Positions 17,580 through 23,546 of a DNA stretch of 32,000 nucleotides are shown here, in pieces. The translations under genes and the position numbers were made by a program. This DNA comes from Demequinaceae bacterium (GTDB lineage Bacteria; Actinomycetota; Actinomycetes; Actinomycetales; Demequinaceae), in NCBI GenBank assembly GCA_965250005.1, contig OZ252279.1, positions 1,650,001 to 1,682,000 of the forward strand. The letters are read 5' to 3'. Positions within the stretch are counted from its first letter, which is position 1, and every line of letters starts with the position of its first letter. The notes under the pieces were generated by a model. The model made no database searches and was not told where the DNA came from. It saw only the letters and a list, made by a program, of their open reading frames with translations.

Positions 17580-18725
17580 TTATGCCGTCGGAGTCGTTTC
17601 GACCCACTCGGCGCCGTTCCACTCCCACGTGTGGAGTGTGTCCTCTTCTTCGTATTCAATAACGGCGTCCTTGTGGAAGTAGCCCTTGGGGACTTCACTG
17701 CACCCAGGCCACCACTTGTAAGTTTCTGGGTCCATGAGAATCCAGGACTCTGAACCTTTGTGGCAACTGTACTGGTGATCTGCGCCATAGATTGACGCGA
17801 TGTCGCCTTCACACTTGTACTGGCCTCCACCGATCGAGCCCCAGGTTCCCTGGTCGTCAAGGTGGCGGTAGCCGTAGTACGAGTTGCTGGATCCACTCTC
17901 GCAGACGGCGAGCTTGTCGTAAGACGGCGAGTAGTTGCCGTAGTACCAAGAACTGGTCGCCTCGTCGTACCATGATGCACAGGCGTAGTATTGCTCGTCG
18001 AAGAAGTAGAAGTAGCCGGGGTTGGACTTCCACTCGTCCTTGTTGCAGTTGTAGTACCCAGCGCCTTCAGCGCGGTTTGGTCCGATGCCGTCCGCGTTGC
18101 ACTCGATGAAGGAATCTACGTAGTGATCCCAATACCAGTTGGGCTTCACATCCCAATTGTTGATGTCGCAGTTCCAGTACTTGTACGGCTTGGTGTCGTG
18201 GTCGTATTCGACGCACGTGGGCGCGGGGTCTGGTTCCGGCTCCGTCCTTGGCGGAGTATTGGCGGCGGCGGCGGCGGCGGCGGCTTCGGCGGCGGCGGCG
18301 GCTTCGGCGGCGGCCTTCTCGGCCTCGTCAGCTGCCTTCGCAGCCTCCTCGGCCTGTTTGGCCGAGAGCTTCTCGGCACTGAGGTTGGCCGCGATCTCCA
18401 GTTCTTCGTAGATCTTCTGGAGATACTCTTCTTTCGCTCCGACGTCATCGCCCAACGTATTGCTGAAGTTTTCGTTGAGACCGTTCTCAATGAGGTTGCG
18501 GTCGCGGAACCCCGGGTCTTCTTCGGCGTTGAGGCCCACGAAGAATTGCGCACCTAGGGCGCCAAGGACCATGGCGCTGACCGAACCGGCGAGGGCGGCC
18601 GAGCCCTGGCGAATCGCGCGCTTGCGTTTGGTGGACGCAACCAACTGGTCGACGACGGTACCTGAGGGCGCGTAGCCCGTGGAGCCCATCTGACCCAACT
18701 GGTCCATCTGCTCGTTAATGTTCAC
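17580..18725 (-). CDS. Single-pass membrane protein P1 (381 aa): short cytoplasmic N-terminus, TM, Ala/Glu-rich stalk, Cys/aromatic-rich ectodomain. Candidate anti-sigma or sensor partner of the upstream ECF sigma.
   Basis: The GTG start overlaps the sigma gene stop (GTGA at 18722-18725). KRKRAIRQ precedes the TM helix GSAALAGSVSAMVLGALGAQFFV, predicting an N-in topology. The C-terminal ~210 aa carry 9 Cys and many Tyr/Trp. I do not recognise the family. Confidence 0.7.
   Translation of the reverse strand: MNINEQMDQLGQMGSTGYAPSGTVVDQLVASTKRKRAIRQGSAALAGSVSAMVLGALGAQFFVGLNAEEDPGFRDRNLIENGLNENFSNTLGDDVGAKEEYLQKIYEELEIAANLSAEKLSAKQAEEAAKAADEAEKAAAEAAAAAEAAAAAAAANTPPRTEPEPDPAPTCVEYDHDTKPYKYWNCDINNWDVKPNWYWDHYVDSFIECNADGIGPNRAEGAGYYNCNKDEWKSNPGYFYFFDEQYYACASWYDEATSSWYYGNYSPSYDKLAVCESGSSNSYYGYRHLDDQGTWGSIGGGQYKCEGDIASIYGADHQYSCHKGSESWILMDPETYKWWPGCSEVPKGYFHKDAVIEYEEEDTLHTWEWNGAEWVETTPTA
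18262..18315. repeat. Trinucleotide tract (GGC)8-TTC-(GGC)5-TTC-(GGC)3 inside P1
   Basis: Read directly from the sequence. On the coding (minus) strand it encodes the poly-Ala/Glu run AAAEAAAAAEAAAAAAAA in the stalk. Confidence 0.9.
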
Positions 18726-19279
18726 GATTTTGCCTTCCTTGCGGGAGTCTCCTGGATGGTGCTGTAGTCGACACCCTGTGAGGGGTTGTCCTCCAGTGCA
18801 CCCAGATGGCCGCGCAGCTTGACGGCTGCGTCAGAGAGGTAGCGCCGCACGGCGCCTTCAGAAATACCGAGCTCGCGGCCGATGGCCACGGCGGTCAGGT
18901 CGTCGTAGAAGCGAAGCACCGTACAAGCGCGCTCGCGGGGGCTCAGGTGGCGCAGGGCCTCCTGAAGGTCCGTCCGGAACTCTACGGCCGGGGCGTCAGA
19001 CTCGGCTTCGTCATTGCGGTCCAGCAAGTGGAACACACGCTTCCATGCGACGTCTTTGCGGCCAGCATCCATGTGGGCGGTAAACATTGCCCGCCGAACA
19101 TAGGATTCGGCTTCCCCCATCGACACGCTGGACTTGCCGCGCGAGAACGTCCTGACCACGGCGTCGTGGAAGAGGTCCTCAGCGTCGCGCCCATTGCCGG
19201 TGAGGAGGTACCCGTAGCCCACGAGGGCCGATCCACGCCTCCGCACGAGCTCTTCTAAGGTTTCGCTCCAATTCGGCAT
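18722..19279 (-). CDS. ECF-type sigma-70 family factor, sigma-1 (185 aa; actinobacterial SigE-family-like)
   Basis: I moved the start to the ATG at 19279, preceded by GGGAGG. Region 2 is LVGYGYLLTGNGRDAEDLFHDAVVRTFSR...YVRRAM. Region 4 is LSPRERACTVLRFYDDLTAVAIGRELGISEGAVRRYLSDA. The N-terminus MPNWSETLEELVRRR aligns with MSDWQSTMEALVRDR of the paralog. Confidence 0.85.
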   Translation of the reverse strand: MPNWSETLEELVRRRGSALVGYGYLLTGNGRDAEDLFHDAVVRTFSRGKSSVSMGEAESYVRRAMFTAHMDAGRKDVAWKRVFHLLDRNDEAESDAPAVEFRTDLQEALRHLSPRERACTVLRFYDDLTAVAIGRELGISEGAVRRYLSDAAVKLRGHLGALEDNPSQGVDYSTIQETPARKAKS

Positions 19280-19326
19280 GGTTACCTCCCTTGCTGGGCG
19301 GAGCAGACTTCCGCCTCTAATTACCC

Positions 19327-19369
19327 ATACGAGCGGGGCGGGGGAAACCGTGGGGCATTCTGGCAAATG
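19327..19369 (-). promoter_or_regulatory. Conserved upstream block A, a candidate ECF-type promoter of sigma-1/P1
   Basis: On the minus strand it reads ...CCCCACGGTTTCCCCCGCCCCGCTCGTAT, and its nearest end is 48 nt upstream of the sigma-1 ATG. It matches block B (20831-20873) at 29 of 43 positions in an ungapped hand alignment, and at 23 of 29 in the core. Confidence 0.4.
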
Positions 19370-19385
19370 TGAGTCAACTCACATT
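19366..19385. promoter_or_regulatory. 20-bp palindrome AATGTGAGT-CA-ACTCACATT immediately upstream of block A
   Basis: Perfect 9-bp arms with a 2-nt centre. A 2-nt loop is too short for an RNA hairpin, so this looks more like a dimeric protein operator. Confidence 0.35.
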
Positions 19386-19529
19386 CCCCGCAAGCCCAGT
19401 GGTTTCGCAACGGCGACGCCTGTTCTCCAGTATCCCGGCCGCGCGCTCAAGAAGTAAGGGTCCGGTTCGTGGTCATTGTCACAGTTTCCAACAGTCGTTT
19501 CGGCGCGATCTGCACGCTGAACGCGACAG

Positions 19530-19574
19530 AAAACCCGGCCGACGCGAAGGCTGAGGGTCTTCGTATCGACCGGG
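19530..19574 (-). terminator. Intrinsic terminator after P2
   Basis: In the minus orientation, CCCGGTCGATACGAAG pairs with CTTCGCGTCGGCCGGG over 16 positions (2 mismatches, 1 G-U) around a 9-nt loop. TTTTCTG follows directly. It begins 20 nt after the P2 stop. Confidence 0.6.
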
Positions 19575-19593
19575 CTGGCTCTATATGCGTCCG

Positions 19594-20733
19594 TCAGGCG
19601 CTGGGTGACGGCTCCGGGTCGGGCGCCGGAGTGGTCTCAACCCACGCGGACCCGCTCCACGCGAACGTGCGGCCCTCATACTCGATGACCGAGTCCTTGT
19701 GGAAGTATCCCGTGGTGCTGCAACCGTCGATGAAGTCGCCGTAGACGAACCACTTGTAGTTCGCGTCCGTTGGGAACCACTTGCCCGTGGGGTTGGTGGC
19801 AACCGGGTGCTCGCCCTCGGGAATGCAACTCCATCGGACGGTCGTTCCGTACTTGTTCTTAAGTCCACCGGTGCACTTGTAGTCGCCTCCGCCAATCGAG
19901 GACCAAAGGTCGCCAATATATTGGTAGCCGTAGACCTGATTGTCGGTTTTGGAGCACTGAGCTAGTTTGCCGTAGCCCACGTTGTAGGCCCCTACACTCC
20001 ACGTACCAGAAGCCTCGTCGTAGAAGTCGACGCACTCGAGCACTTCTCCTTTGAAGTAGACGTACCCAATCGCAGGAACCCACTCGCCCTTGCCGCAGTC
20101 GTATGCGATGTTGGGGTGCGGGTTGTCACCGCACGTGCGGGCGACCCAGTCGAAGTCATCCCAGTACTCGCCGTCTGAAATGCGGTAGACCTTCTCGTCT
20201 GGATCGCAGTCGTTGTACTTGTACCCGTAGTCGTACGGTTCGCAACTACTACTACCGCCGCCGCCCTCGTCCTTGGGCGTCGAATTTGAGTCCTTGTCCG
20301 CGGCTTCTTTCGCCTCTTTCGCTGCCTTGGCGGCGGCTTCTTCCGCGGCCTTCGCGGCGGCCGCCTCCTTTTCGGCTAGCTCCTCGATCTGGATCTTGGC
20401 GGCAACCCTTAGTTCGTCGTAGATCTCCTTGAGGTATTCGTCTTTTGTTCCGTCGTCTTTGCCGAACGCCGAGTCATCGGTCCCATCGAAATTGTTCTCA
20501 ATGAGATTGCGGTCGCGGAAGCCGGGGTCATCCACTTCGAAGTCGACGAGGAACTGCGCCCCGAGCACCCCGAGGACAACCGCGCTTACGGACCCCACCA
20601 AGGCAGCCGAGCCGTGGCGAATGGATCGCGCACGCTTGGCGCGTGCGTGCAACTGGTCGACGACGGCATCCGAGGCGGCGTAGCCCACAGATCCCAACTG
20701 CCCCAATTCATCGATCTGTTCATTGATGTTCAC
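19594..20733 (-). CDS. Single-pass membrane protein P2 (379 aa), paralog of P1 with no sigma gene of its own
   Basis: I moved the start to the GTG at 20733, 8 nt after GGGAG, so that VNINEQIDELGQLGS aligns with MNINEQMDQLGQMGS of P1. The architecture is the same: basic stretch, TM, DPGFRDRNLIEN, Ala/Glu/Lys stalk, then an ectodomain with 9 Cys at matching positions and the shared C-terminal GYFHKD-VIEYE...AWVETTP. Confidence 0.7.
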   Translation of the reverse strand: MNINEQIDELGQLGSVGYAASDAVVDQLHARAKRARSIRHGSAALVGSVSAVVLGVLGAQFLVDFEVDDPGFRDRNLIENNFDGTDDSAFGKDDGTKDEYLKEIYDELRVAAKIQIEELAEKEAAAAKAAEEAAAKAAKEAKEAADKDSNSTPKDEGGGGSSSCEPYDYGYKYNDCDPDEKVYRISDGEYWDDFDWVARTCGDNPHPNIAYDCGKGEWVPAIGYVYFKGEVLECVDFYDEASGTWSVGAYNVGYGKLAQCSKTDNQVYGYQYIGDLWSSIGGGDYKCTGGLKNKYGTTVRWSCIPEGEHPVATNPTGKWFPTDANYKWFVYGDFIDGCSTTGYFHKDSVIEYEGRTFAWSGSAWVETTPAPDPEPSPSA

Positions 20734-20830
20734 TGTTCTGACTCCCAAGTGCTCGGTCCTCAGCGGGTACCGGTGTGGCGCCCAAGACCTAATTGATCGG
20801 AGCCGCCCATAAGAGCGCCTCTACCAACTA

Positions 20831-20873
20831 ATACGCGTGGGGGCGGGAAAACCTTGGGGGTACTTGTGAAATC
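20831..20873 (-). promoter_or_regulatory. Conserved upstream block B, a candidate promoter of P2
   Basis: On the minus strand it reads ...CCCCAAGGTTTTCCCGCCCCCACGCGTAT, and its nearest end is 98 nt upstream of the P2 start and directly after the terminator hairpin of the upstream operon. Its similarity to block A is described under that feature. Confidence 0.4.
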
Positions 20874-20886
20874 GGGCGCAAACGCC

Positions 20887-20924
20887 CACGGCCCCCACAT
20901 CCCGATGGGGGTGTGAGGGCCGTG
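20887..20924 (-). terminator. Long hairpin after the P3 gene
   Basis: CACGGCCC-C-CACATCCC-GATG-GGGGTGTG-A-GGGCCGTG forms two 8-bp helices with single-nucleotide bulges. It starts 35 nt after the P3 stop. On the minus strand it is followed by GGCGTTTGCG. Confidence 0.55.
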
Positions 20925-20958
20925 TCACCGCTCCGCAGTCCGTGGTAACGGCCGATGG

Positions 20959-22815
20959 CTAGTTGGTTGTGACCGTCACCGTTCCCAACGATGCCCACAT
21001 CTGCAGTTCCACCCATTGGTACGACGAGTCGCGCTCGGGCGCGATCGAAATGGTGTCCGGCTCTGGATCGATCGCGATGCCAGGTTCCGGCGCCCCGTAG
21101 AGGACGTCTCCAACGTACGTCTCGAGGTGAACTGACTGTTGGATCAGTAGCGTGTACTCGCCCGCGCGGAGCTCTGCTGGGCCGTTCTCGCTCCAGCAGG
21201 TGTTCACTTCGCGCCACAGATAACTACCGGCCAGAGATTCACCGGGAGCCAACTCGCCCCAGTTGGCTTGGTCCCCCTCGGGCGATGCCGCGAAAGCAGG
21301 CTCTACCGTGGCGGTGCTTCCCTCCGACTGGCGCGCCGCAAGCTCGGCATCTTGAATGTCGGCGGTGTCGCCGTAGCGGTTGATCTCCGTTGGCCAGCCC
21401 TCAGCAACGACCACCCCGTCTTTGATGAGGTAGACATTGCGGCTTGGCTGTCCGTAGAAACCGGGGATCGAGAACTCCGAGGCGTTTGTCACGGAGATCG
21501 CGACTTCGGGGTTGTTGTCGATCACCCATCCGTAGCTCACGCCCAAGCGCGACGGAAATTCGGCTTGGACATCGAGCCAGCCGAGATCGGCTGACACTTC
21601 GGGGAACCCTGCCTCGCCGTCGCCCCAGCTACATCCATAGAACGAGCGCTCGACGGGCTGCCCGAGTGCAGGGTCAGTGTCGTTCCACCCGCGGCCCTCT
21701 GAGTCGTCAGACTGCATAATCCACCGTGACGTCCCCGGCTCCATGCCCCAAACGTTGTTCTGGGCAGAGGTGCTGAACAGATCGCGAGCGAGTTGGGGCG
21801 TCAGGAAGTCGTCCGGAAGGACTGGCGGGACCCACGGTTCAGGAATGTACTGGCCAAACGGGTCCTCAACTGGATCTCCCGCAATGATGAACGGGATGGG
21901 CTCGCCCGTCGTCCGGAACTGGTCGTAGACGTACGGCTCGATCTCCAGGCTAGTGACGTCGGCGCCCCCCGACTCGTCTTTCGCGTCGGGCAACTCGGTC
22001 ACGAGGGGATCCGTCGCGGGATCCGGTTCGATGCTCGGGACGCCCGGATCCACTGACGTCTCAGGGTCCGCGTTTGGAGGCAAGACTTCGATGCTGGGCT
22101 CTGGAGCAGGTTCCGGCTCTGGAGCAGGCAAGGGTTCGATGGCGGTCTCGTCGTAATACGCAAACGACTGGCTCACAAGCAGGTCATATTTGCTTGCAGG
22201 CAGCGGCTGGCCGTCGAAGCAAGAAACAAACTCAGCCATAGTCACCAATTCAAGCGATGCGCCCTCGGGGAGCTCAAGCACAGTCAGTTCGGACCCGTCA
22301 GCGGGAACGGCCACGGCGACCACCATGCCGTCCCACAGCACTACAGCAGACGCGTGCGATGCGCGAATGTCCTGCTCGACGCTTGCGTTGGTGCTCGCGG
22401 TGAGACTGTACGGAACACTGGCAGTTGAGCCGCCCTCGACTTCCTGGTTCTCAGCCCAGTCGACGGTGAGAGAAAACGCACCATCGCCGTAGCCCCAGTC
22501 CTGCAATGGGTAGGAGCCGCAATAGCCCCAGTCCGCGAGGCGAGACATCTCGGCCGCCGCGTCACTGCTGAGGGACGAGCCGCCATCCTCTGCAGGTGCG
22601 GGCAGCGCCGTTGCAACTTCTTCTGAGGCAGCCGTGGGGTTGATGACGCCGATCGCGATGAGTGCCGCTGCGCCAGCGCCGGCGAGCGCGTTGCCGCCCA
22701 TTCGTGCACCTCGCTGGACGCGCACGCGCCGGGAGGCCGCAGCAACGGAAACGGATGCGTCTGAGACCGGCGCGCGATCTGCGGCGCCGTGAAGCGCGTC
22801 TGAGAGCTTCGTCAT
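20959..22815 (-). CDS. Single-pass membrane protein P3 (618 aa) with a duplicated two-cysteine ectodomain and a Pro/Glu/Asp-rich linker. Candidate partner of sigma-2.
   Basis: The ATG overlaps the sigma-2 stop (ATGA at 22812-22815). The N-terminus has about 40 residues ending RRVRVQRGAR before the TM helix GGNALAGAGAAALIAIGV. The two ectodomain modules share YCGS/YGCS, TNAS, VVLWDGMVVA/VYLIKDGVVVA, LPEGASL/LAPGESL and SCF...YDLLVSQS/TCW...YTLLIQQS. Confidence 0.7.
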   Translation of the reverse strand: MTKLSDALHGAADRAPVSDASVSVAAASRRVRVQRGARMGGNALAGAGAAALIAIGVINPTAASEEVATALPAPAEDGGSSLSSDAAAEMSRLADWGYCGSYPLQDWGYGDGAFSLTVDWAENQEVEGGSTASVPYSLTASTNASVEQDIRASHASAVVLWDGMVVAVAVPADGSELTVLELPEGASLELVTMAEFVSCFDGQPLPASKYDLLVSQSFAYYDETAIEPLPAPEPEPAPEPSIEVLPPNADPETSVDPGVPSIEPDPATDPLVTELPDAKDESGGADVTSLEIEPYVYDQFRTTGEPIPFIIAGDPVEDPFGQYIPEPWVPPVLPDDFLTPQLARDLFSTSAQNNVWGMEPGTSRWIMQSDDSEGRGWNDTDPALGQPVERSFYGCSWGDGEAGFPEVSADLGWLDVQAEFPSRLGVSYGWVIDNNPEVAISVTNASEFSIPGFYGQPSRNVYLIKDGVVVAEGWPTEINRYGDTADIQDAELAARQSEGSTATVEPAFAASPEGDQANWGELAPGESLAGSYLWREVNTCWSENGPAELRAGEYTLLIQQSVHLETYVGDVLYGAPEPGIAIDPEPDTISIAPERDSSYQWVELQMWASLGTVTVTTN

Positions 22816-23375
22816 GAGAAATTCCTTTCGGGGTCGATGGGCTCGTAGGGCGAGTTGACTACAGGTGCGGTCTCAATGTTGGTGTCCTCGAGGGGACCCA
22901 GCGCCAATTCCATGCGAGCGATGCCGTCGCTCAAGTAGCGCTTGATGCTGCCCTCCGCGAGCCCCAGTTGACGGCCGATTTGCGGCACTGTGAGGTCATC
23001 GAAGAAGCGCAACACGACGCACGCACGTTCGCGCGGCGGAAGTGTTCCCAGGGCGGTCGCAACGTCGGCGCTCAAGTCAATTGCGGAGGCCGCGTCGTCT
23101 GCCTGTTTGCCCGGACTAAAGAGATGTTGTACTCGTTGCCACCGCTGGTTGCGGCGGTACTGATCGATATAGACGGAGGTGATCGCTCGTCGTACATAGG
23201 CCTCTGCCTTGAGCGAGGTGAGCCCCGGTCGAGGCCGCGAAAACGTGCGCACGAGCGCATCCTGAACGAGGTCCTGCGCCCGCGTCGAGTTCCCGCAGAC
23301 TATATAGGCGTATCCCAGAAGGGCGCGCTCGCGGTCGCGAACGAGTGCTTCCATGGTGCTCTGCCAATCGCTCAT
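22812..23375 (-). CDS. ECF-type sigma-70 family factor, sigma-2 (187 aa), paralog of sigma-1
   Basis: I placed the start at the second ATG of GGAGGAATGATG. Region 2 is LLGYAYIVCGNSTRAQDLVQDALVRTFSR...YVRRAI. Region 4 is LPPRERACVVLRFFDDLTVPQIGRQLGLAEGSIKRYLSDG. Confidence 0.85.
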   Translation of the reverse strand: MSDWQSTMEALVRDRERALLGYAYIVCGNSTRAQDLVQDALVRTFSRPRPGLTSLKAEAYVRRAITSVYIDQYRRNQRWQRVQHLFSPGKQADDAASAIDLSADVATALGTLPPRERACVVLRFFDDLTVPQIGRQLGLAEGSIKRYLSDGIARMELALGPLEDTNIETAPVVNSPYEPIDPERNFS

Positions 23376-23503
23376 CATTCCTCCGTTGGGCTCTTCGATT
23401 TGAAGGCCCTTCTCGAATACGTGACGCCCGCCGGTCGCGAATCGTTGGGTCCAGTTGCCCGGCACCCCCCATGTTCCCCTAGACTCGCCTTCTACTTACG
23501 TAC

Positions 23504-23530
23504 CGCAGACATCGTTGTCTGCGTATTTTT
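23504..23530 (+). promoter_or_regulatory. Terminator-like hairpin plus T-tract in the hppA leader
   Basis: CGCAGACA-TCGT-TGTCTGCG forms a perfect 8-bp stem with a 4-nt loop, followed by TATTTTT. It ends 5 nt before the AAGGAGG RBS of hppA. Confidence 0.4.
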
Positions 23531-23546
23531 GTGTCAAGGAGGACGC

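Noticed and set aside
23417-23460. The ATACG...GAATCGTTGGG sequence upstream of sigma-2, as a third copy of promoter blocks A and B.
   Set aside because: Only the ATACG pentamer and a loose GAATCG/AAACCG similarity are shared, and the spacing differs by 5 nt. This is not enough to call the same motif.
22968-23546. A 193-codon N-terminal extension of the hppA ORF (980 aa in the track).
   Set aside because: The extension runs antisense through the sigma-2 gene and is junk-like. A strong AAGGAGG RBS and an ATG at 23547 begin a normal H+-PPase N-terminus.
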